NCBI GenBank assembly: GCA_051881715.1
Contig: JBJEQK010000010.1
Coordinates: forward strand, 1-57,096
Direction of reading: 5' to 3'
Source of the DNA: Acutalibacteraceae bacterium
GTDB lineage: Bacteria; Bacillota; Clostridia; Oscillospirales; Acutalibacteraceae
DNA: 57,096 bases
The number at the start of each line of letters is the position of its first letter. The stretch's first letter is position 1. Made by a program: the position numbers and the translations under genes. Below are positions 26,971-35,651 of this stretch, piece by piece. The notes beneath the pieces are model-generated. The model was not told where the DNA came from, did no database searches, and saw nothing but the letters and a program-made list of their open reading frames with translations.

Positions 26971-27348
26971 TTAACCCAAAGTCACCAGCGGTGCGCCTGT
27001 GGTCACGGACGCGCCCTTGGAGGTATGGATCGCCTTAACAACGCCGTCATTCGGTGCAACGATCTCGTTTTCCATCTTCATCGCTTCGATCAGAAGAAGG
27101 ATCTGACCCTTTTTCACACTTTCGCCGACGCTGACTTTCACATCCACCACACTGCCCGGAAGCGGTGCGCAAACAGCATCTGCCCCTGCGGCCACGGGTG
27201 CCGCCGCAGCTGCCGCAGCAGGCGCAGCGGCGGGTGCTGCCGCTGACGGTGCGGGAGCCGCTGCCGCATACTCATCCACAAGGATCGCTTCGCCGCGCTC
27301 CACTTCCACCTCGTAGATCTTGTCTCTCAGCCGTACTTTATACTTCAT
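26971..27348 (-). CDS. biotin carboxyl carrier protein of the decarboxylase
   Basis: N-terminal MKYKVRLRDKIYEVEVE, an Ala/Pro linker, and the biotinyl-lysine motif LLIEAMKMENEI. Confidence 0.85.
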   Translation of the reverse strand: MKYKVRLRDKIYEVEVERGEAILVDEYAAAAPAPSAAAPAAAPAAAAAAAPVAAGADAVCAPLPGSVVDVKVSVGESVKKGQILLLIEAMKMENEIVAPNDGVVKAIHTSKGASVTTGAPLVTLG

Positions 27349-27646
27349 CTTTCTTCACCTCTCTGATCGAAATAAAACGCAGTTCCTCCAGCGGAATCCC
27401 GCTTTCGTCTGCCACGATCGCCATAATCATGGCGGCATCCCGTTCGGACACGTTTTGCAAAGTAACCTCCGGGATCTCCTTTTTAGCCGCCGGAGCCGGT
27501 GCCGATTCAGCCGCCGGCGCTTCCTCCGATTTTCTGATCGAAAACGCCTTGTTCATGACCGCGATAAACGCCATCAGAATCAAAAGCACAAGAAATACCA
27601 GAACAAAGCCGATCAGGGAGTTGGCCAGTAATGTCGTAAAGGACAT
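27338..27646 (-). CDS. oadG: OadG-like gamma subunit (single-TM)
   Basis: N-terminal TM helix LIGFVLVFLVLLILMAFIAVM, an Ala/Pro/Glu linker, and a C-terminal AAMIMAIVADESGIPLEEL segment typical of the OadG family. Its position in the operon also fits. Confidence 0.6.
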   Translation of the reverse strand: MSFTTLLANSLIGFVLVFLVLLILMAFIAVMNKAFSIRKSEEAPAAESAPAPAAKKEIPEVTLQNVSERDAAMIMAIVADESGIPLEELRFISIREVKKDEV

Positions 27647-27662
27647 TCTCTATTCCCCTTTC

Positions 27663-29045
27663 TCAATCAATGCGTTCAATGAAGTAGGACGCTTTGCGGT
27701 TTTCTTTTTCTGCGCGTTTTTCAAAGAATTTCTCTGCGACCTGCGGGAAAGCGATATAGGAAAGCACGTCCTCATCGCTGCGCACCTTGTCGCCAAGCTC
27801 CGCCTTTGTCTTTTCAAACAGAGGCTCTAAGGTGTCGGCAAAGCGACCCTGAATCGGTTTCTCGCCGTCCAAAATCTTTGCGGCGACTTCCTTGTTGATT
27901 TTGCCGGGCGCCTTGCCGTATTCGCCCCGGACATACGCCTTGACTTCCTTGGTCACGGTCTTGTACCGCTCACCGTTGAGCACGTTCTGGGTCGCCTGCA
28001 CACCGACCATCTGGCTCATGGGCGTCACAAGAGGCGGATAGCCGAGATCTGCACGGACACGGGGCGTCTCCGCAAGCACGTCGTTAAAGCGGTCAATGGC
28101 ATTGAGTGCCTTGAGCTGGTTGATCAGATTGGACAGCATACCGCCGGGGATCTGATAGTTCAGGCAGTCGGAATCCGTGGTAAGCACAATGGGGTCGAGA
28201 AGTCCCGACTCGATATATTCGTCCCGAATGGGCAGGAAGAAGTCCTTGACGTTCTTGATGACTGCCTGGTCAAGACCTGTGTCATAGCCCATCTGTGAGA
28301 GGGCAAAATGCAGAGACTCCGTTGCCGGCTGCGATGTGCCGCCGGAGAAGCAGGAGATTGCCGTGTCAATAACGTCTGCGCCCGCTTCCACAGCCTTCAA
28401 AACCGTCATGTACGCGAGACCTGCGGTGCAGTGCGTGTGTACCACCACGGGAAGCTTGACCGTTTCCTTGATAGCTTTCACCAGATCGTACGCCTCCTGC
28501 GGCGTCATCACGCCCGCCATGTCCTTGATGCAGATGGAGGACGCACCCAGCTTCTCCATCTCCTTGACAGTCTTGACGTAGTTTTCGATGGAATGCACAG
28601 GGCTGGTGGTGTAGGAAATGGTAGCCGACGCCTCTGCGCCGCACTTCACCGCTTCTTCCATGGCAACACGAATGTTGCGTGTGTCGTTCAATGCGTCAAA
28701 AATACGGATAATATTGATGCCGTTGGAAACGCTGTGCTGGATAAACTTGCGCACGACATCGTCCGGATAATGCTTGTAGCCCAAAAGATTCTGTCCGCGC
28801 AGGAGCATCTGCAGTTTGGTATTGGGCATCTTCTCGCGGATCTTGCGCAGTCTTTCCCACGGATCCTCGTCCAAAAAGCGCAGGCAGCTGTCAAACGTGG
28901 CGCCACCCCAGCACTCGACGGAGTAATACCCGGCCTTGTCCATTGTCTCTAAAATAGGTGCAAATTTTTCAAACGGAAGTCGGGTGGCGATCTGCGACTG
29001 GTTCGCATCCCGCAGTACCGTTTCCGTAAATCCAACCTTTTTCAT
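27663..29045 (-). CDS. oadA: oxaloacetate decarboxylase alpha subunit, carboxyltransferase domain only (no biotinyl domain)
   Basis: FTETVLRDANQSQIATRL...ECWGGATFD...HTHCTAGLA are HMGL-like/5S carboxyltransferase motifs. The 460-aa protein ends before any AMKM motif. Confidence 0.9.
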   Translation of the reverse strand: MKKVGFTETVLRDANQSQIATRLPFEKFAPILETMDKAGYYSVECWGGATFDSCLRFLDEDPWERLRKIREKMPNTKLQMLLRGQNLLGYKHYPDDVVRKFIQHSVSNGINIIRIFDALNDTRNIRVAMEEAVKCGAEASATISYTTSPVHSIENYVKTVKEMEKLGASSICIKDMAGVMTPQEAYDLVKAIKETVKLPVVVHTHCTAGLAYMTVLKAVEAGADVIDTAISCFSGGTSQPATESLHFALSQMGYDTGLDQAVIKNVKDFFLPIRDEYIESGLLDPIVLTTDSDCLNYQIPGGMLSNLINQLKALNAIDRFNDVLAETPRVRADLGYPPLVTPMSQMVGVQATQNVLNGERYKTVTKEVKAYVRGEYGKAPGKINKEVAAKILDGEKPIQGRFADTLEPLFEKTKAELGDKVRSDEDVLSYIAFPQVAEKFFEKRAEKENRKASYFIERID

Positions 29046-29085
29046 GTTCGCCTCCTAAATTCAATCCCAAATTTTTTCATTCTAT

Positions 29086-29113
29086 ATTATACCAAAAGTG
29101 TCCAAAAAGTCAA
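29086..29113 (-). promoter_or_regulatory. sigma-A promoter of the oad operon
   Basis: Minus strand reads TTGACT - 16 nt - TATAAT with an extended TG, about 40 nt upstream of the oadA ATG. Confidence 0.5.
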
Positions 29114-29160
29114 TAATAAAAATGGTAATAAAGGTATATTTTTGCAGATATGCCTTCCAT

Positions 29161-29198
29161 AAAACAGAAAAGCGCCGCTGCTTTGCTAGCAACGGCGG
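29161..29198 (-). terminator. putative intrinsic terminator after argD
   Basis: Minus strand reads CCGCCGUUGC-UAGCAAA-GCAGCGGCG, followed by CUUUUCUGUUUU. Confidence 0.45.
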
Positions 29199-29209
29199 TT
29201 GAAGCTATG

Positions 29210-30388
29210 TTACTGTTCGATGACTTCTTTCAAGATCGCAATGGCTTTTTCAAGCTGCTCCATCGGGATATTCAGCGCAGGAAGCAGACGCACCTTGGTT
29301 TTGGCAGTCAGGCAAATCACGCCTTTTTCCCGGCAGGCGTTCACGATCTCCCCAGCGGGTTTCTCCGTTTCGATACCGAGCATCAGTCCCAAGCCACTGA
29401 CGGACTTGACGCCCTTGGTATTTTGCAATGTTTCGCAGATATATGCACTCTTTTCCCGCACGGACTGCAAAAGCGCCTCGTCGATCTGCGAAAGAACGTA
29501 CAGTGCACCGGCCGCACAAACGGGATTGCCGCCGAAGGTGGAGCCGTGACTGCCGGCATCCAAGGTGTTCTGCACCTTTTCGCCGAACAGGGTCGCCCCC
29601 ATGGGCAGTCCGCCCGCAAGACCCTTTGCGGTGGAGACGATGTCCGGCTGAATGCCGTAGCGCATATAGGCATACAGCGCGCCGCAGCGACCGTTGCCGG
29701 TCTGCACCTCGTCGATGACAAGCAGCATATTTTTCTCTCGGCAAAGTGCCTGCACGCCGTGCACAAAATCTTCATCCAGACTGCACACGCCGCCTTCGCC
29801 CTGCACCAGCTCCATCATCACTGCACAGCAGTCGTTTTCTTCGGAAAGCTGTTTGACAGAGTCCAGATCATTGGCGGTAGCATAGACAAAGCCCGGCGTA
29901 AAGGGGTCGAACTTCGTATGGAACACGTCCTGTCCTGTTGCCGCCAAAGTCGTGACGGTTCTGCCGTGGAAGCTGTTTTTCAGCGTGATGATCGTGCTGT
30001 GGGATGCATCGCCGTAAAGGTCGAAGGCATACTTTCTTGCGCATTTGATCGCCGCTTCATTGGCTTCTGCGCCGGAATTGCCGAAGAAAACTTTCTTCAT
30101 CCCTGTGCGTGTGCAAAGAGTCTGCGCCAGCTCTGCCTGCGGGCCGGTAAAATACAGGTTGGAGGCGTGGGGCAGCTGATTCAACTGCGCCGTTACGGCT
30201 TCGACCCAGCCGTCATCCGCCACGCCGAGACCATTGACTGCGATTCCCGTGCCGAGGTCGATATATTCCTTGCCGTTCTCATCCCAAAGCAGGGAACCCT
30301 TGCCCTTTGTAAACAGTACGTCGGCACGCTTATAGGTGCCGGCAATATATTCCTTGTCCAGTTGCTGAATCTGCATAACTATCCTCAC
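29210..30388 (-). CDS. argD: acetylornithine aminotransferase
   Basis: Class-III aminotransferase with FFGNSGAEANEAAIK, LVIDEVQTGNGRCG and STAKGLAGGLP (PLP lysine). It is the last gene of the arg operon. Confidence 0.9.
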   Translation of the reverse strand: MRIVMQIQQLDKEYIAGTYKRADVLFTKGKGSLLWDENGKEYIDLGTGIAVNGLGVADDGWVEAVTAQLNQLPHASNLYFTGPQAELAQTLCTRTGMKKVFFGNSGAEANEAAIKCARKYAFDLYGDASHSTIITLKNSFHGRTVTTLAATGQDVFHTKFDPFTPGFVYATANDLDSVKQLSEENDCCAVMMELVQGEGGVCSLDEDFVHGVQALCREKNMLLVIDEVQTGNGRCGALYAYMRYGIQPDIVSTAKGLAGGLPMGATLFGEKVQNTLDAGSHGSTFGGNPVCAAGALYVLSQIDEALLQSVREKSAYICETLQNTKGVKSVSGLGLMLGIETEKPAGEIVNACREKGVICLTAKTKVRLLPALNIPMEQLEKAIAILKEVIEQ

Positions 30389-31239
30389 TTAATAAACATG
30401 GTTCCCAAACCTTCATCGGTCAGGATCTCGATGATAATGGAATGCGGCACTCTGCCGTCGATGATAAACACCTTATGTACGCCGCAGTGCAGTGCATGGA
30501 CACAGCAGTCCACCTTTGGGATCATACCGCCCTGAATGATCCCTTCCGCCTTATACTTCTCCACGTCCGCCATGGTAACGGTCTTGATCAGGGAGTCGGG
30601 ATCCTTGACGTCCCGCAGAAGCCCTGCGATATCGGTCATGCTGATGAGCGTCTCCGCACCCAGCGCACCGGCGATTTCCGCCGCCGCAGTGTCGGCGTTC
30701 ACGTTGTACACATTGCCCTCTGCGTCACACGCAACGGTAGAAACAACAGGAATATACCCCTTGTCCAGCACATCCAGAATCATCTGCGGATCCACGTGCT
30801 GTATGGCGCCGACAAAGCCGAGGGCTTCGTCCTGCATAGTCGCCTTGAGCATCTGTCCATCGATGCCGGAAAGCCCGATGGCCTTGCCGCCGTATGTGCC
30901 GATCAGGTTGACGAGGCTCTTATTGACCTTCCCCGCCAAAACCATCTGGACATATTCCGCTGTCTCCTCGTCCGTGACCCGCAGTCCGTTGACAAACTCG
31001 CTTTCCTTGCCCACAAGCTTGAGCAAGCCGGAGATCTCGGGACCTCCGCCGTGGATCAAGACGACCTTTAATCCCACAAGATGCAGAAGCACGATGTCCC
31101 GCATGACGGACTTTTTCAGTTCCGGGTCGATCATGGCGTTGCCGCCGTACTTGACGACAACGATCTTGTTGTGATACTTTTCAATATAGGGCAGTGCCTG
31201 CACCAAAATCTTCGCACGCTGTGCGTTGGTAAATTCCAT
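30385..31239 (-). CDS. argB: acetylglutamate kinase
   Basis: Start at MEFTNAQRAKILVQALPYIEKYHNKIVVVKYGGNAM, behind a GAGGAGGG RBS. GGGPEI and VNADTAA motifs are present. Confidence 0.9.
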   Translation of the reverse strand: MEFTNAQRAKILVQALPYIEKYHNKIVVVKYGGNAMIDPELKKSVMRDIVLLHLVGLKVVLIHGGGPEISGLLKLVGKESEFVNGLRVTDEETAEYVQMVLAGKVNKSLVNLIGTYGGKAIGLSGIDGQMLKATMQDEALGFVGAIQHVDPQMILDVLDKGYIPVVSTVACDAEGNVYNVNADTAAAEIAGALGAETLISMTDIAGLLRDVKDPDSLIKTVTMADVEKYKAEGIIQGGMIPKVDCCVHALHCGVHKVFIIDGRVPHSIIIEILTDEGLGTMFIK

Positions 31240-31252
31240 GGTATTGCCCTCC

Positions 31253-32464
31253 TCAGGTGCGGTAGTCGCCGTTGATCTTGACGTAGTCATAGGTCAAATC
31301 ACAGCCAAATGCGGATGCGCAGGCATCGCCGGACTTGAGGTCGATGTCGATGGATATCTCATCGCGCATCAGCACTTCCTTGGCAAGGGGTTCGCTGAAG
31401 TCGGTGCCCATCCCGTCCTTACAGACCAAAACGGAACCGGCGTCGGAGCGGAACTGCACATCAATTTTGTGAATATCCACGGGAGCGCCGCTGTAGCCGA
31501 TGGCGCAGAGAACACGTCCCCAGTTGGCGTCGGCGCCGAACATGGCGGCCTTCAAAAGGCTGGAGCAAATCACGGACTTGGACACCGTGCGGGCAATCGC
31601 ATCGGTCTGGGCGTGGGAAACATTGCACACCAAAAGCTTGGTCGCACCCTCCCCGTCTGCGGCGATCTTTTTGGAAATAATGGTGCAAAGCGACTTCAAA
31701 GCTTTGCAGAATGCATCGAAGTCCTCGCCAGCTTCGCAGATGCAGGGATTCTCCGCCATACCGTTGGCCAGGATAACCACCATATCATTGGTGGAGGTGT
31801 CGCCGTCAATGCTGATCATATTAAATGTATCGACAATGGTGGCAGAAAGCGCCTTTTGCAGCATTTCCGGGGTGATCGCCGTATCCGTTGTCAAAAAGCA
31901 AAGCATGGTCGCCATGTTGGGATGGATCATGCCGGAGCCCTTGGCGATGCCGCCCATGGAGCAAACCTTGCCGCCGACCTCGAAAGAAACCGCCACCTCC
32001 TTGAGCTGTGTGTCGGTGGTCATGATGGCGTGCGCCGCATCCTTGCTGTTTTCACCCAAGCCATCCACCAAGTTCTGCATCCCATCGGCGATGGGGTCAA
32101 GGGTCATCTGCTGTCCGATCACGCCAGTGGAGGCAACGACCACATCCTTTGCGCTGATGCCTGTATACTGCTCCACAAGACCGCACATCCCCTGCGCGAT
32201 CTCCGTACCGTTGGCGTTGCAGGTGTTGGCGTTTCCGCTGTTGCAGATCACCGCCTGGGCATAGCCGTCGGAAATGTTCGCCTTGGTCACGGCGATGGGA
32301 GCGCCCTTGACAAGGTTTGTCGTGTAGGTTGCCGCCGCAGCCGCACGAGTCTCGCTGACGATCAGCGCCAAGTCTTTCTTTGTTTTATTTTTACGGATGC
32401 CGCAATGCACACCCGAAGCTTGAAATCCCTTTGCGGCACAGATGCCGCCTTTTATCAATTCCAC
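31253..32464 (-). CDS. argJ: bifunctional ornithine acetyltransferase / N-acetylglutamate synthase
   Basis: GTG start behind an AAGGAGG RBS (VELIKGGICAAKGFQASGVHCGIRK). Autoprocessing site context ATMLCFLTTDA and C-terminal LTYDYVKINGDYRT. Confidence 0.9.
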   Translation of the reverse strand: MELIKGGICAAKGFQASGVHCGIRKNKTKKDLALIVSETRAAAAATYTTNLVKGAPIAVTKANISDGYAQAVICNSGNANTCNANGTEIAQGMCGLVEQYTGISAKDVVVASTGVIGQQMTLDPIADGMQNLVDGLGENSKDAAHAIMTTDTQLKEVAVSFEVGGKVCSMGGIAKGSGMIHPNMATMLCFLTTDTAITPEMLQKALSATIVDTFNMISIDGDTSTNDMVVILANGMAENPCICEAGEDFDAFCKALKSLCTIISKKIAADGEGATKLLVCNVSHAQTDAIARTVSKSVICSSLLKAAMFGADANWGRVLCAIGYSGAPVDIHKIDVQFRSDAGSVLVCKDGMGTDFSEPLAKEVLMRDEISIDIDLKSGDACASAFGCDLTYDYVKINGDYRT

Positions 32465-32478
32465 TGTTATATCCTCCT

Positions 32479-33411
32479 TTATTCCGTGACCAGTCCTGCC
32501 GTTTCCGCAAGCCCCAGCGCCAAATTCATGCACTGCATCGCCGCGCCGGAGGCACCCTTGCCCAGATTGTCAAAGCGGGAAACGAGCAGAAGCCTCTCTT
32601 CGTTGCCGTAGACGCCCACTTCCATGGTGTCCTTGCCGGACAGGCTGTCCGAGGCAAGGAATGTATTTTCCCCGCTGTACGGCAGTGCCTTCACCAGCTT
32701 GGAATTTGCATACTGCGATGCATAAACCTCCGCGATCTGCTGCGGCGTAACGCCGGGCAGCAAATGCATTTGCAGGGGTACCGTCACCTGCATACCGCTG
32801 TAATACGGCGCAACAACGGGCGAAAATACGGGCGCTCGCACAAGACCGGGAATCTTCTGCATTTCCGGCAGGTGCTTATGCGCTTGTCCCGTGCCGTACT
32901 GCCGGGGACTTTTCAGCCCCTGCTCGGCGGGATCCTCGTACTGTGCGATCATCTTTTTGCCGCCGCCGCTGTACCCTGTGAGAGAAAAACAGGTAAACGG
33001 AAAATCCGCCGGTACAAGTCCGCTCTGAACCAGCGGGTAAACCAGCGCAATAAATCCGCTGGCATGGCATCCCGGCACTGCAATGCGCTTGCCGGAACAA
33101 ATACGGCTTCGGTGTACGTCAGACAATTCGGCGAATCCGTATGCCCAGTCAGGCATGGTTCGGTGCGCAGTAGAAGTGTCGATCAAAATCGTGTCCGTGC
33201 CCTCAGCAAGGGCAACAGATTCCCGCGCCGCATCATCCGGCAGACAGAGAAAAGCCACATCCGCTTTTTCCAGCATCTGTCTGCGAGCCTCGGGAGATTT
33301 GCGCAGTTCCTCCGGCAGGCGAAGAATATTCAATTCCGTCCGCTCGGAAAGGCGTTCGGCAATCCGCAGTCCCGTCGTGCCTGCACTGCCGTCGATAAAA
33401 ACATTCCACAT
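32479..33411 (-). CDS. argC: N-acetyl-gamma-glutamyl-phosphate reductase (short type)
   Basis: MWNVFIDGSAGTTGLRIAERL NAD-binding motif and the catalytic Cys context IAVPGCHASG. Confidence 0.9.
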   Translation of the reverse strand: MWNVFIDGSAGTTGLRIAERLSERTELNILRLPEELRKSPEARRQMLEKADVAFLCLPDDAARESVALAEGTDTILIDTSTAHRTMPDWAYGFAELSDVHRSRICSGKRIAVPGCHASGFIALVYPLVQSGLVPADFPFTCFSLTGYSGGGKKMIAQYEDPAEQGLKSPRQYGTGQAHKHLPEMQKIPGLVRAPVFSPVVAPYYSGMQVTVPLQMHLLPGVTPQQIAEVYASQYANSKLVKALPYSGENTFLASDSLSGKDTMEVGVYGNEERLLLVSRFDNLGKGASGAAMQCMNLALGLAETAGLVTE

Positions 33412-33431
33412 AGTTTTTCACTCCAAATCTG

Positions 33432-33491
33432 CAATGCATATATTATACACCGAAAATTCAATTTGTCAACAATTTATGCATAAATATTCGT
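33432..33491. promoter_or_regulatory. two ARG-box-like AT-rich imperfect palindromes (possible ArgR/AhrC operator)
   Basis: CAATGCATATATTATACAC (overlaps the -10) and TTTATGCATAAATATTCGT (just upstream of the -35) resemble the TGAAT-w4-ATTCA ARG-box pattern. Eye match only. Confidence 0.35.
33442..33469 (-). promoter_or_regulatory. consensus sigma-A promoter of argCJBD
   Basis: Minus strand reads TTGACA (33469-33464) - 16 nt - TATAAT (33447-33442). Confidence 0.55.
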
Positions 33492-33510
33492 TTTTACATA
33501 AAAAATAGAT

Positions 33511-33539
33511 TTGACAGGACGGTTTTTTCGTGATACATT
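33511..33539 (+). promoter_or_regulatory. sigma-A promoter for the esterase gene
   Basis: TTGACA (33511-33516) - 17 nt - TACATT, with TG at the extended -10 position. Confidence 0.45.
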
Positions 33540-33558
33540 TATACAGAGGTGACAGTGC

Positions 33559-34464
33559 ATGAAACCTTTTCCCGATTCTACCGAACTGCTGGACAAGCTT
33601 TTATCCCATGCGGATAAAAAAAGAGACCCGGCACAATCCCCCGTTTTCGGCGTCCGAGCCGTGCAGGACGTCCCCTATCTGACGGACAACCGCAAGGTAC
33701 ATCTGACGGATATTTACTATCCGGCACAGCACAGCGGCGCCTTGCCGACCATTTTAAATATTCACGGCGGCGCTTGGATTCACGGCAGCAAGGAAAACAG
33801 CAGGTGTTACTGTATGTATCTCGCTTCCAAAGGGTTCGCCGTTGTCAATATCAACTACACCCTGGCGGAAAATAACGACCTGCGCACACAGGTCGAGGAC
33901 ATCAACTGCTGTATGCACTGGATATGCCGCCATGCAAAAAATTTCTCGCTGGATGCGCAGAGACTGTTTCTCTGCGGGGATTCCACCGGTGCGCATCTGG
34001 CACTTTTAAGCTACCTCGCCAATGGATCCGATACACTGCGCAAAATATACAAGCTGGAAAAAGCAGACGTCACCGTAAAGGCATTCGGACTGTCCTCCCC
34101 CGTGGCCGATCTGCACCTGTTCACGGACAGTATTTTGCCGAAGCGGGATCTGTGCCTGCGGCTGTTCGGTGCGCAGTACCGCAATTCGCCGTATTACTAC
34201 TGCTCCTCCATTCAGGATGTTCTGCGCGCCAGCACATCCCTTCCGCCGGTTTGGATGCTCTCCTCACAGGAGGATTTTCTCGCCAAGACATCCTTGCAGC
34301 TCGATCATCTGCTGACCCGGCGCAACGTGGAACACACCCTGCGCTACTACCCGAAGGGGAAATTCCATTCTCTTCCCCACGCTTTCAATGTGCTGTACCC
34401 CGAATATGCCGAGAGCCTTGCTGCCAACAATGAAATGCTCGATTATTTTTGCGCAAGGTTGTAA
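33559..34464 (+). CDS. alpha/beta-hydrolase, esterase/lipase (Aes/HSL-like)
   Basis: Oxyanion HGGAW motif (LNIHGGAWIHGS) and nucleophile elbow GDSTGAHL. Confidence 0.8.
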   Translation: MKPFPDSTELLDKLLSHADKKRDPAQSPVFGVRAVQDVPYLTDNRKVHLTDIYYPAQHSGALPTILNIHGGAWIHGSKENSRCYCMYLASKGFAVVNINYTLAENNDLRTQVEDINCCMHWICRHAKNFSLDAQRLFLCGDSTGAHLALLSYLANGSDTLRKIYKLEKADVTVKAFGLSSPVADLHLFTDSILPKRDLCLRLFGAQYRNSPYYYCSSIQDVLRASTSLPPVWMLSSQEDFLAKTSLQLDHLLTRRNVEHTLRYYPKGKFHSLPHAFNVLYPEYAESLAANNEMLDYFCARL

Positions 34465-34500
34465 GCGAACCCGTTTCAAAAACTGCACAGGCATAAAAAA

Positions 34501-34704
34501 CAGACTGGCGAGAAAGGACGCCCGATGCCGTTTTCTTCGGGCGATAGGCGTACAAGGGTACTCCGAGCCCGAAAAAACGGCAAGCATACAAGCAGCGGCA
34601 CGGTTCGACGCCGTGCTGCTGCTTGTGTTTCGTATGGTCTGCCAATGCTTCCGTCTATTCCCTGCACTGTCGTGTATGCGCTCGGGCGCCTTTATCGACA
34701 GTCT
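34501..34704 (+). repeat. copy 2 (204 bp, short variant) of the structured terminator-associated repeat
   Basis: Starts CAGACTGGCGAGAAAGG and ends CGACAGTCT(G). It lacks the 33-nt 5' hairpin module of copies 1 and 3, and is flanked by the 10-bp direct repeat GCATAAAAAA (34491-34500 and 34705-34714). Confidence 0.8.
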
Positions 34705-34706
34705 GC

Positions 34707-34740
34707 ATAAAAAAGGAGCTGTCCCATCGAGGCAGCTCCT
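34707..34740 (-). terminator. intrinsic terminator of the 34755-35651 lipoprotein gene
   Basis: AGGAGCTG/CAGCTCCT stem (34714-34721/34733-34740), followed on the minus strand by UUUUUUAUG. Confidence 0.55.
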
Positions 34741-34754
34741 GTAATTTTATACAT

Positions 34755-35651
34755 TTACCACTTGAAGTTGCTGAAAGTAACAGTGGTTGTGCCGGTTGCA
34801 TGGCCGGAAGAACCGTACACCTTGCTGATATCGAAGTTGATATCAAAGGTGACATCCATCTTGGTCAGGTTGCCGTTCTTGTCCACGGTTGCCTTGATGA
34901 CCGCATTGGAATAGCTCTCGTCGATCACAGCGCCGCTGGCCACATCGTCGATGGCGTCATAGACGTTCTGTGCCGTCTTGTGATCCCAATAGCCCTTGTC
35001 GTCTCTGCCGGCGCTGATGGCGCTCTTGTCCAGCGGGGCATTGAGCTTTTCATTGCTACCGCCGTTGATGGAGCTGCTGCCGCTCTTGACTTTGATCACA
35101 AGATCGAAGCCGCCGTCCGCATTCTTGGTGCAGGTCGCGTCGGTGATATCCGCTTCGGTCAGCGTGGATTTCTGGAAATAGTGGTCGTAACTACCGTCAT
35201 TCTTCGGCACATCCTTGACATAAGCGTTTTCGGCGCCGATGCCCATGAACTTGTAGACGATGCTCTTGAAGGTCTTGAGCGCCACACCGGCCTCATAGAC
35301 GCCCTCCTTGGTTTCGCGCTTTTTGGAAAAAGCGACTTTGCGGGAGGCAACCTTTTCCGTTGCGTCATTGTACAGCTTGAGAACCTCCGCCTTGTCCGCA
35401 GGTTCTTCCAGCTCCTGCGCCTCGGTGGTTTCCTCTGCGGCGGTGGTATCCTCCGCAGGCGTTTCCTCAGAGATATCCGTTTCGCTCTGCGCGGCGTCCG
35501 CTGTGGTCTCTGCCGCTTCCGTAATGGTTGCTTCGACAGCTTCCGTCGGTGCGGTGGTTTCGGGTGTCTCGGTTTTGCCGCAAGCCGCAAAGGAAGCAGT
35601 CATCAATGCCGCCAAAGCCAGTGCGATTGCACGGGTGATCTTTGCTTTCAT
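34755..35651 (-). CDS. lipoprotein, function unknown
   Basis: Start at MKAKITRAIALALAALMTASFAACG (lipobox), behind an AAGGAGAAG RBS. A Glu/Thr/Ala-rich linker precedes a ~210-aa domain I do not recognise. Confidence 0.65.
   Translation of the reverse strand: MKAKITRAIALALAALMTASFAACGKTETPETTAPTEAVEATITEAAETTADAAQSETDISEETPAEDTTAAEETTEAQELEEPADKAEVLKLYNDATEKVASRKVAFSKKRETKEGVYEAGVALKTFKSIVYKFMGIGAENAYVKDVPKNDGSYDHYFQKSTLTEADITDATCTKNADGGFDLVIKVKSGSSSINGGSNEKLNAPLDKSAISAGRDDKGYWDHKTAQNVYDAIDDVASGAVIDESYSNAVIKATVDKNGNLTKMDVTFDINFDISKVYGSSGHATGTTTVTFSNFKW

Noticed and set aside
27165-27260. A GC-rich stretch of GCN repeats (gccgccgcagctgccgcagcaggcgcagcggcg...) that looked like a tandem repeat or spacer-less array.
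   Set aside because: On the minus strand it encodes the Ala/Pro linker (AAAAPAPSAAAPAAAPAAAAAAAPVAAGA) of the biotin carrier protein, a normal feature of BCCP-type proteins.
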